A stretch of DNA of 62,682 bases, the filler included, from Candidatus Fermentibacterota bacterium (GTDB taxonomy: Bacteria; JAFGKV01), in NCBI GenBank assembly GCA_016928395.1. It is 8 parts of 8 records of this genome, joined end to end, with 100 filler letters (N's around TTAATTAATTAA, not from the genome) between each part and the next. Parts side by side here need not be neighbours in the genome. Positions count along the whole stretch, not along the records: positions 54,018 to 58,214 come from JAFGKV010000282.1; positions 58,315 to 62,682 come from JAFGKV010000283.1; 6 more parts are not named here. One strand, written 5' to 3'. Of the stretch, positions 54,745 to 62,682 are shown in pieces. The position numbers and the translations under genes are program-made. The notes below the pieces were generated by a model. It was given only the letters and a program-made list of their open reading frames with translations, had not been told where the DNA came from and ran no database searches. How positions within the stretch are numbered: the first letter of the stretch is position 1; every line of letters begins with the position of its first letter.

Positions 54745-56432
54745 CGACCGAGCACTTGCACGGGCTTATCGAGGCTGGCGAGAGATCTGATGTGGAGTTC
54801 AAAGGGGAGGGAATCCGACCCCTCTCCGACAACGAGCTTGTGGAGGCGGTCGTGTGCCTCGCCAATCGTCATGGCAGCACGGCCGGGTGGGTGCGTGTGG
54901 GCGTGGAGGATGATGGCTCGATAACTGGTGCTCGCCCCAGGCATCACGATCGCACCGACCCGCTACGCGTTCAGGCGCTTCTTGCCAATCGAACGAGGCC
55001 ATCGCTCTCGGTCCGGGCCGAACTGGCCGTTCTCTCCGGCAAAGAAATCCTTGTCATCGAGGTGCCCGCGTCACGGACGCCTGTGGGAACGGCGGATGGC
55101 AAGTACCTGCGTCGCGCCATAGGCGGAGACGGCACGCCTGCCTGCCTACCGATGCACTTCCACGAGATGCAGGCCTTGCAGGCCGACCGAGGCCAGCTCG
55201 ACTACTCCGCCCTCATCCTGCCTGACGCGACATGGGATGACCTCGATCCCCTTGAGTTCGAGCGCTTCCGACGCTTCATCCGCGAAAGTCATGGGCGTGG
55301 TGATGATTCGCTCGTCGGACTTCCCGATCTGGAGCTTGCCAAAGCGTTGGGGGGAGTCCAGGCGAACCATGCGGTCTCCGCCATCCGCGTACTGGGCGTG
55401 CTGCTGTTCGGACGCGAGGAGGCGCTGTCCCGGCTGCTGCCTACCCACGAGGTCGCATTCCAGATGCTCTCCGGCCGTAGCGTAGAGGTCAACGACTTCT
55501 TCCGATGGCCGCTCCTGCGGGTCGTGGACGAGATCTTGGCCCGATTCCGGGCGCGCAACCGGGAAGAGGAAATGCTGGTCGGTATGCTTCGTATCGCTGT
55601 GCCCGACTACTCACCGGCGGCGTTCCGGGAAGGCGTGGCCAATGCCATCATCCACCGTGCCTACACGCGACTTGGGGCGGTGCACGTCCAGTGGCACGAC
55701 GACCATGTCGAGATCTCCAATCCTGGTGGTTTCCCCGAAGGAGTGCGACTCGACAATCTTCTTGTCACTCCGCCGCGGCCGCGCAATCCTCTCCTCGCTG
55801 ATGCCTTGAAGAGAGCTGGAGTCGTGGAGCGCACGGCGCGCGGCATCGACACGATCTTCTACGAGCAGCTTCGCAACGGCCGCCCAGCTCCCAGCTATGG
55901 GCGCAGCACGGAGAGTGACGTCGTGCTCGTGCTGCCGGGCGGCAAGGCGAACCTTGCCTTTGCTCGCCTCGTCGCTGAGGAGGGACAGGCGGACCGGCCA
56001 CTGTCGCTCGACGAACTGCTGCTTCTCAACCATCTCTGGCTTGAACGGCAACTGACCACGACCGAAGGGTCATTCATCATCCAGAAACCGGAGGCCGAGG
56101 TGCGGGGCCGGCTGCAAGGGCTCGTCGAGGCAGGTCTTGTCGAGGCGCGGGGGGAGCGCAAGGGTAGGGCGTGGCATCTCTCCGTAGCGACCTACCGCCG
56201 TCTGGGCGAGAAGGCCGCCTACGTCCGCCAGAGGGGATTCGAACCCCTCCAGCAAGAGCAAATGGTTCTGCAGTACGTGGGCACGCACGGGCGGATCACT
56301 CGTGCAGAGACCGCCGATCTCTGCAAGTTAGGTCCGCGGCAAGCCGGCCGCCTGCTGGCGAGGCTCGCCAGAGAAAAGAAACTGAGACTTCACGGAATGA
56401 GAAGGGGAGCGTGGTATGAGCCTTGGTCATAA
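54741..56432 (+). CDS. AlbA_2/Schlafen + HATPase_c_4 + wHTH protein (RecG C-terminal-like)
   Basis: GERSDVEFK..VVCLAN..GVEDDG; REGVANAIIHR, ISNPGGF, PRNPLLAD and RGIDTI; C-terminal HTHs. Confidence 0.88.
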   Translation: MTTEHLHGLIEAGERSDVEFKGEGIRPLSDNELVEAVVCLANRHGSTAGWVRVGVEDDGSITGARPRHHDRTDPLRVQALLANRTRPSLSVRAELAVLSGKEILVIEVPASRTPVGTADGKYLRRAIGGDGTPACLPMHFHEMQALQADRGQLDYSALILPDATWDDLDPLEFERFRRFIRESHGRGDDSLVGLPDLELAKALGGVQANHAVSAIRVLGVLLFGREEALSRLLPTHEVAFQMLSGRSVEVNDFFRWPLLRVVDEILARFRARNREEEMLVGMLRIAVPDYSPAAFREGVANAIIHRAYTRLGAVHVQWHDDHVEISNPGGFPEGVRLDNLLVTPPRPRNPLLADALKRAGVVERTARGIDTIFYEQLRNGRPAPSYGRSTESDVVLVLPGGKANLAFARLVAEEGQADRPLSLDELLLLNHLWLERQLTTTEGSFIIQKPEAEVRGRLQGLVEAGLVEARGERKGRAWHLSVATYRRLGEKAAYVRQRGFEPLQQEQMVLQYVGTHGRITRAETADLCKLGPRQAGRLLARLAREKKLRLHGMRRGAWYEPWS

Positions 56433-56650
56433 GTATAGCCGCGGTCATACATGTTATGACCGCGGTCATAATCTATGGCCGTGTGACATACTCCCTTGCC
56501 CTGAGACCACCAGGAATTCGGGCGGATCGGAGGTAAACCCCGGCCCATCAGCATCCTACTGGTCTAAGCCCGAATCGCTTCGAATGTGCCCGATTCCGGA
56601 CTGGGGTGGGAATGACGACAGAACCACTCACAGGGGTCTGCCCAACCCGA

Positions 56651-56932
56651 GAGCTACGGCTCATCGAGGTCAAGGGGTTAGCGGCAGTTTCGGGAACGGT
56701 CCTGCTGACGCCCAACGAACGCCGTGTGGCCGAGGATCGACGCGATTGCTACTGGCTCTACATCGTGACAGACTGCGGCTCGCAGCCCGTGCTCCAGGAG
56801 CCCATCCCCGACCCCGCTCGATTCCCGTGGAACGAGGTCTCGAAGGTTCAGCACTACTGGCTTCAGGTTGATGCGATGACCAAGCCAATGCAGGTGCGCG
56901 AAGGCGGGGAGCTGTTCGGAGTGGTGGGGTGA
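56651..56932 (+). pseudogene. 3' stub of a DUF3883-ending SNF2 helicase gene (copy 2)
   Basis: ELRLIEVKG..LTPNE..YWLYIVTDC is a PD-(D/E)xK-type DUF3883 core, followed by the same tail as copy 1. Confidence 0.8.
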
Positions 56933-57732
56933 GAAGATCCGTCGGATCAGACGGATCGGTCCGATCCCATCGGCTCCGCCCTTCAGGCGGTTATCGTGAC
57001 AGCGCGAGTTTCCAGACGACGACGCTCATCTACGACGCCACCTACTGGTTTTGCGAGAAGTTCCTCGATTCGCGCTCGCGCACGGTGGACCAAATGGTGC
57101 AGGCTGCGCGGTCCGGCCGCCAGAACATCGCTGAAGGCAGCCGAGCCGCAGCCACCTCGTCGCAGACCGAGTTGCGACTGCTCAACGTGGCCCGCTCCAG
57201 CCGGGAGGAGCTGCTCCTCGACTTCGAGGACCACCTGCGGCATCGTCATCTCCCGCAATGGGCCCCGGGGGCCTCCGAGGCTATGGCTGTCCGCGAGGTG
57301 CCCCACAGGTTCAAGAAGGATCTGTCCGATCCGTCGAATCTGACCGATCTGACCGATCAGCAGCGCTGGACGCTCTACCAGCCATGGCTTGAACACGCCG
57401 ACCCGGCAGTGCGCGCAAACGCGATCATCTGCCTCATCCACCAAGCGAACTTCCTGCTCGACCAGCAAATCGCCGCAGTGGAGAGGCAGTTCGTCGAGGA
57501 AGGCGGCTACAGCGAGCAACTCGCCGCCGCCCGCCTTGCCGAGCGGGAGAAGCGGAGGAGGGGCGATCGGTCGGATCAGTCCAATCAGTCGGACCCGGCT
57601 GATCAAATTCCCCCCTGCCCCCAATGCGGCAAGCCAATGGTCCTGCGCACTGCCAAGAGCGGCAAGAGCGCAGGCCGCCAGTTCTGGGGATGTTCCGCCT
57701 ACCCCGACTGCAAAGGAGTTGTGGACCTGTGA
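56929..57732 (+). CDS. Four-helix-bundle suffix domain protein with C-terminal topoisomerase C4 zinc finger
   Basis: [51 protein letters not shown]. Confidence 0.9.
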   Translation: MRRSVGSDGSVRSHRLRPSGGYRDSASFQTTTLIYDATYWFCEKFLDSRSRTVDQMVQAARSGRQNIAEGSRAAATSSQTELRLLNVARSSREELLLDFEDHLRHRHLPQWAPGASEAMAVREVPHRFKKDLSDPSNLTDLTDQQRWTLYQPWLEHADPAVRANAIICLIHQANFLLDQQIAAVERQFVEEGGYSEQLAAARLAEREKRRRGDRSDQSNQSDPADQIPPCPQCGKPMVLRTAKSGKSAGRQFWGCSAYPDCKGVVDL

Positions 57733-57754
57733 AAGCCATCGCGATGGTGCGCAA

Positions 57755-58030
57755 ATGATCCCACGGGACTGCAAGCGGCTGGCGGAGGTGGATTTTCCGA
57801 TCGCCGTGGTGTCGAAGCATGCGGCGAGGGAGAAGTCGATACGGCATGGGCATCCGAGCACGCTGCACCTGTGGTGGGCGAGACGTCCTCTGGCATCGTG
57901 TCGGGCCATGCTGATGGCGTTGTTGCTGCCCGACCCACGCGATCCGCTCTGCCCGGAGGAGTTCAAAACCAAGGCGAGGAACTTACTGCCACGCGTTCAA
58001 GGGAGGCCAGGGCCGACCGAAGCGGGCTAG
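57755..58030 (+). pseudogene. 5' stub of a DUF1156 adenine methylase gene
   Basis: [37 protein letters not shown], then a stop after 91 aa; full proteins are about ten times longer. Confidence 0.85.
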
Positions 58031-58045
58031 GGACGTAGGTAAAAT

Positions 58046-58214
58046 GTCAACTTGCGGGGAGCCACGGGCGCCGATTCCGAGGTTGCCGAACGAGAATCTG
58101 CGCTGAGGAGCGGGCACGTGGCCGCTGCGCGGCAGCTCTCAGCTTTCTGCTATCAGCTCTCTGCCAACCGACTGCCGCTTCGCTCGCAGGTGACAGGGGG
58201 CAGGACGTTGGTAC
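58046..58214 (+). repeat. Leader module of the repeat unit; copies at 54018-54109, 58315-58405 and 62456-62597
   Basis: GCGCCGATTCCGA..GCCGAACGAGAATCTGCGCTG..GCTGCGCGG, then (GCTCTCA/GCTTTCT)n; in three copies it continues CGACTGCCGCTTCGCTCGCAGGTGACAGGGGGCAGGACGTT. Confidence 0.88.
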
Positions 58215-58405
58215 NNNNNNNNNNNNNNNNNNNNNNNNNNNNNNNNNNNNNNNNNNNNTTAATTAATTAANNNNNNNNNNNNNNNNNNNNNNNNNNNNNN
58301 NNNNNNNNNNNNNNCACTGCGCGGCAGCTCTCAGCTTTCTGCCATCAGCTCTCTGCCAGCCGACTGCCGCTTCGCTCGCAGGTGACAGGGGGCAGGACGT
58401 TAATA

Positions 58406-59058
58406 CCAGGTAGTGCATTGGGGGATTTGATGGGGTCGCGCTTCGGGCACGCAGGGAACGCGCCGGATAATCGGCGAGATGGAGCGAATGGAAGAGTCGT
58501 ACGGTGAAGGAGCAAGGAACCTTCCACCTGGCAGACTCCTGTCTGCGTGCAGCCTCCTTCAAGCCCACTGGCCGCCACTATTCTCAGGTGAGAATAGTGG
58601 CCAGGGTGATCCAATCTCGCCTCCCTCGCTCCGCCATTCCCAAACTGCAGACGATTCCCGGTTCCATTCATGCAGCACAACGCCCCCCTCATCCGTTCCG
58701 TATTGTGTAGTCGGGCGACTTCTGGCCCGGCGCCTGAACCGACTTGTCGCCAGTGGACAACGGAGGATCGGCGGAAGAGCAGGCGAGGACGGCCTGATCC
58801 AAGGAGCGAACGCGACTGTTGACGGAGGCGAAGCGGCAGGTTCCTTCTGCCGATGTCGTTCACACATCGGTGCCTGCGGCTCTTTAGTCCGCCGGGAGGC
58901 CACACGCCACTGGGGGTGGCTGTGCATATCGTCCGAGAGAATGGGATTCAACATCCTGTGCCTGCGCACTCAGGCTTGCGCACCAATGCTCTTGCCTTCC
59001 GCGCTCGGCTCAGCCATTTCGCCTTCTGTTCCTGCAAGTCCCCCAATCCAATACCTGG
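58406..59058 (+). mobile_element. Non-autonomous TIR element (MITE/REPIN-like), longest copy, 653 bp
   Basis: 23-bp TIR CCAGGTAGTGCATTGGGGGATTT / AAGTCCCCCAATCCAATACCTGG (3 mismatches); internal 12-bp hairpin GCCACTATTCTC-AGGT-GAGAATAGTGGC; no credible ORF. Confidence 0.72.
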
Positions 59059-59077
59059 AATTGGCACCCGCCACCTC

Positions 59078-59290
<213 letters not shown>

Positions 59291-59299
59291 GAGGCAGCC

Positions 59300-60406
59300 A
59301 TGATCAAGCTCGGACACATCACCGTGCGTGGGTTCAAGTCGATCCGCGATCTTGCCCGGTTCGAGGTCAGAAACCTAAACGTTCTCATCGGGGCCAACGG
59401 CGCGGGGAAATCAAACTTCCTCTCCCTGTTCAAGCTGCTGAACTGGATGGGGCGGACCCCGGGTGAACTCCAGCTCCACGTCGGCATGGAAGGAGGGGCA
59501 AGCTCGCTCTTGCACGATGGACCAGCCATGACCCCTGCGATCGAGGTGGAGATGGTGCTTGTCGGGCAGAAAGTCACCTACGAGCACCGCTTCCGGCTAG
59601 CTCACGCCGCGGAGGACACGCTGGTATTCGCCGAGGAGCAGATACGGCTCCAGAGGCTCACTTCGAAGAAGTCGGAACCGTGGGGTTCTCTCGGGAGTGG
59701 GCATCGGGAGACGAGGCTGCTGGAAGCCGCAGAGAACCAGAATCTCGTGGCCCGTGCCCTTCACAATCAGCTCCGCGACCTGGTCGTCTACCAGTTCCAC
59801 AACACGTCGCAAACCGCCCGGGTCCGCCAGCGGTGGAACGTTGACGACAACCATGCACTCAAGGAGGATGCGGCCAATCTGGCGCCGATCCTGCGACGGC
59901 TTCGCGAAGACGAGCCTCACTGCTATCGGCAAATCACCGAGACGCTCCGGGCCATCGCGCCGTTCTTCGCTGACTTCGTTCTGGAGCCACAGAACGGGAC
60001 CATGTTGCTACAGTGGCGCGAGGTAGGGAGCGACGTGGTGTTCGGCCCCCACCAGTCGTCAGACGGCTCGCTCAGGGCCATGGCCCTCATCACCCTGCTC
60101 CTGCTACCGGAAGGACTCCTGCCTTCGGTGATCATCTTAGACGAACCCGAACTCGGGCTACACCCGTCGGCCGTTGAGGTGGTGGGCGGTTTGATCCGTA
60201 ACCTGTCACGCCACCGGCAGGTCATCATCGCCACGCAATCCGCAGCCTTCGTGAATCAGTTCGAGCCTGCTGACATCGTGGTTGTGGAGCGCAAGGGCCG
60301 GGAGTCGGTATTCACGCAACTCGACGAAGAAGCACTGCGGGAGTGGCTGACAGATTACTCGCTGGCCGAGCTGTGGGAGAAGAACGTCATCGGTGGGACG
60401 CCCTAG
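59300..60406 (+). CDS. AAA_21 / ABC-type ATPase
   Basis: GFKSI, Walker [10 protein letters not shown], signature SDGSLR, Walker B/D-loop [10 protein letters not shown] and IATQS. Confidence 0.92.
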   Translation: MIKLGHITVRGFKSIRDLARFEVRNLNVLIGANGAGKSNFLSLFKLLNWMGRTPGELQLHVGMEGGASSLLHDGPAMTPAIEVEMVLVGQKVTYEHRFRLAHAAEDTLVFAEEQIRLQRLTSKKSEPWGSLGSGHRETRLLEAAENQNLVARALHNQLRDLVVYQFHNTSQTARVRQRWNVDDNHALKEDAANLAPILRRLREDEPHCYRQITETLRAIAPFFADFVLEPQNGTMLLQWREVGSDVVFGPHQSSDGSLRAMALITLLLLPEGLLPSVIILDEPELGLHPSAVEVVGGLIRNLSRHRQVIIATQSAAFVNQFEPADIVVVERKGRESVFTQLDEEALREWLTDYSLAELWEKNVIGGTP

Positions 60407-60408
60407 CC

Positions 60409-61095
60409 ATGATACGACTGCACCTGGTTGTTGAGGGATGGACCGAGCAGCGGTTCGTGAAGCAGGTCCTTGCTCCCCACCTCGCGAGCCATGGGGTTGC
60501 TGCCACCGCGCGTTGCGTTGAGACGAGTCGAGATCGCTACCGGATCTACCGGGGCGGAATGATCTCCTACACCAACATACGAAACGATCTCAGACGGTGG
60601 ATGAAGCAGGAGCCTGGGCCCGACGTACGCTTCAGCACAATGATCGATCTGTATCGATTGCCCGATGGCTTCGCAGAGTTCCCCGTAGCGAAGAAGATCC
60701 CCGATCCACGTCAACAGGTGATGGCGCTGGAGACGGCGTTCGCGGCAGATGTCAGCGATCCCCGCTTTGTGCCATATATCCAGCTTCATGAGTTCGAGGC
60801 CCTGGTACTCGTTGATCCTCAACGGCTGTCTGCTCATTTCCCCAACGCCGACAAGGCAACTCAGCGGCTATCTCAACTCGGCCAGTCAGTCGAGACACCG
60901 GAGTTGATCGACGACAAGCATCCGCCGTCGAAGCGCATCATCGAGGAGCTACCGGAATACGAAGGTCGGAAGGCGGTTGTAGGGCCGCTCATTGCAGCGG
61001 AGATCGGGATAGAGGCTTTGAGGGTCAGGTGCCCCCACTTCGCGCAGTGGCTCGGGCGGCTGGAGGCTCTTGGAACAGCAGTCGGGAGGAGCTAG
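60409..61095 (+). CDS. DUF4276 (TOPRIM-like) protein
   Basis: LVVEGWTEQRFV, TMIDLY, YIQLHEFEAL, PSKRI and CPHFAQWL. Confidence 0.88.
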   Translation: MIRLHLVVEGWTEQRFVKQVLAPHLASHGVAATARCVETSRDRYRIYRGGMISYTNIRNDLRRWMKQEPGPDVRFSTMIDLYRLPDGFAEFPVAKKIPDPRQQVMALETAFAADVSDPRFVPYIQLHEFEALVLVDPQRLSAHFPNADKATQRLSQLGQSVETPELIDDKHPPSKRIIEELPEYEGRKAVVGPLIAAEIGIEALRVRCPHFAQWLGRLEALGTAVGRS

Positions 61096-61097
61096 CG

Positions 61098-61250
61098 ATG
61101 GCGGCCAAGGAGAAGGGCTCCACGCGCAAGGGGCAGAGTAAGGTTCGATTCGATGACCGACTGGTTCTCAACCAGTGGATGCTGTCGCTATTCGAAGTGA
61201 AGGAGTTCGAGCATCTCGCCGAGCCTCTCAAGGGACGGCTGGTGGGGTCA
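61098..61250 (+). pseudogene. 5' stub of a type III restriction (Res) gene, cut by the TIR element
   Basis: RBS GGAGGAG; FDDRLVLNQWMLSLFEVKEFEHLAEPLK resembles Res N-termini; the frame runs into the element TIR. Confidence 0.65.
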
Positions 61251-61251
61251 G

Positions 61252-61541
61252 AGGTATTGCATTTGGGGATTTGATGGGGTCGTGCTTCGGGCACGTTGGG
61301 GAAGCGCCGGATAGTCGGCGAGGTGGAGCGAATGGAAGAGTCGGAGGGTGATGCGCGAAGAGTCTTCAAACTGGCGGACTCCTGTCTGCGTGCAGCCTGC
61401 TCCAAGCCCACTGGCCGCCACTATTCTCAGGTGAGAATAGTGGCCAGGGTCATCCGATCTCGCCTCTCCCGCTCCGCCATTGCCAAACTGAGAACCACTC
61501 CCAACTGCATCCATGCAGCACAACGCCTCGCTCATCCGTTC
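61252..61541 (+). mobile_element. Left half of the TIR element
   Basis: AGGTATTGCATTTGGGGATTT end plus body, including the central hairpin; truncated near 61541. Confidence 0.75.
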
Positions 61542-61982
61542 TTGATGGGTAGTATGATGGAGTTCAGCTGGCTTCGTTGATCGAGTTGCCGTCGAAGGCA
61601 CCAGTGCCTCGCCGAAGCCCATAGGAGCACAGCCCGAACGACAGCCCGAACTTCAGTATTGACTACGATGACCTTCTTCGCTGTTTCGTTTCCCAACAGC
61701 ACTTCGACACGGGCTGGCGTGAACTGGCGCACGTCTACTCTAAAGGAGGCCTACTGATGCTCCCTGGATATGGGGCTTCACCTCGTGCTCCTGCAGTCTC
61801 AGCGCAATGGGGTATTCCCTCTTCCCATCAGTATCTCGGGCTCCGTCCGCCCTGCGGCCGCCTGAGCGGACCCCGCATCGGATTCAGAACTGCCACAGGT
61901 CAAGCCCTGTGACCCGAGGCAACTCCCTTCTTGCTGGCTGTACCGCGCAGAACGCACCACATCCGCACCCAGAGGAGGCACA

Positions 61983-62450
61983 ATGCTCTTGATACTCTTC
62001 GGGCCGAGTTGCTCAGGGAAGTCATCCGTGGCGAGAATCATTGCCGAACGTACCGGCGCTTCAGTCTGGACAGGGAATGACTACCTGCGCCTCGCCAAGA
62101 CCGAGCCGGAGGCCTGGAAACGTTTCGAAGCGCTGCTGGAACGAGCCGCCAGCGCTGGGCCCCTCGGCCCTGGCTCGGTGATCTTCGCTTATGCCGGGCC
62201 CCTGCCCGAGGCGCGGTCTCTCCCCACGGGCCCCGAGGTTCGGCGTCTTCGGTTCATCGCGAGCCAGGAGGTGCTTCGGTCACGGTTTAGTCCACGCGTC
62301 GGCGGGCGGGTAACACCAGCGATTTCGTCCATGCTGGCCCGTGTTGCCGAACAAGCTGCCTTACTGCCGGCTGATGCTGAATACGACACCAGCACACGTT
62401 GCGCGGAGGATGTCGCAACTGAGATCATGCGGGCGGTCCACGCACGATAG
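61983..62450 (+). CDS. Small P-loop kinase-like (AAA_17/AAA_33) protein
   Basis: GPSCSGKS Walker A; RBS GAGGAGG; YDTS near the C-terminus. Confidence 0.75.
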   Translation: MLLILFGPSCSGKSSVARIIAERTGASVWTGNDYLRLAKTEPEAWKRFEALLERAASAGPLGPGSVIFAYAGPLPEARSLPTGPEVRRLRFIASQEVLRSRFSPRVGGRVTPAISSMLARVAEQAALLPADAEYDTSTRCAEDVATEIMRAVHAR

Positions 62451-62597
62451 CACACTGCCAACGTGCGAGGAACCGCAGGCGCCGATTCCGAAGGTGCCGA
62501 ACGAGAATCTGCGCTGCGGAAGTGGAACGTAGCCGCTGCGCGGGAGCTCTCAGCTCTCAGCTTTCAGCTTTCAGCTTTCTGCTCTCAGCTCTCTGCC

Positions 62598-62647
62598 GGT
62601 CAAGTCAGAACATGGGTAACGTTTCAGGTTCAGAACATAGGTAACAC
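62598..62647. mobile_element. IS481-like terminal repeat remnant
   Basis: TCAGAACAT(G/A)GGTAAC occurs twice, 25 bp apart, resembling the iterated transposase-binding sites of IS481-family ends; no transposase is visible before the window ends. Confidence 0.5.
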
Positions 62648-62682
62648 TTCGTCATTGCGCGGATGGCGATGGACTGGGACGA

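Noticed and set aside
61545-61790. Possible further gene fragment between the truncated element and the kinase gene
   Set aside because: It is coding-like but has an in-frame stop and no family I can recognise; too weak to call.

Overview
This GC-rich bacterial window is not one locus. It is eight contigs joined by 100-nt N spacers, each containing the artificial all-frame stop linker TTAATTAATTAA (contigs 1-4404, 4505-14708, 14809-37337, 37438-40045, 40146-49600, 49701-53917, 54018-58214, 58315-62682). Synteny across the spacers cannot be assumed. A T9SS-like C-terminal tail and many secreted hydrolases suggest an FCB-related candidate phylum (inference only). Contigs 2, 3 and 5 are mostly housekeeping or catabolic genes (pullulanase-type GH13, malQ, upp, PduO-type adenosyltransferase, tricorn-like protease, archease-ligA-smc, M3B peptidase, RluA, rsmG, TrmH). 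Contig 1 is a tandem array of at least three paralogous secreted Gly-rich repeat fibre-like proteins. Contigs 4, 6, 7 and 8 are accessory. The most striking signal is in contigs 7-8. Intact defence-type accessory genes sit there in small cassettes: an AlbA/Schlafen-HATPase protein, a four-helix-bundle suffix protein, and an ABC-ATPase plus DUF4276 pair. Each cassette keeps only short stubs of the core genes that normally flank it (DUF3883 helicase tail, DUF1156 methylase head, type III Mod tail, type III Res head). The cassettes are interspersed with a multi-copy non-coding element of about 650 bp that has terminal inverted repeats and a central hairpin. This looks like a capture or swap library for defence-hotspot cargo. 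Two unrelated secreted proteins also share a C-terminal domain ending SNxxGEFDFE, a candidate sorting or anchoring signal. All family calls come from motif recognition by eye; no searches were run.
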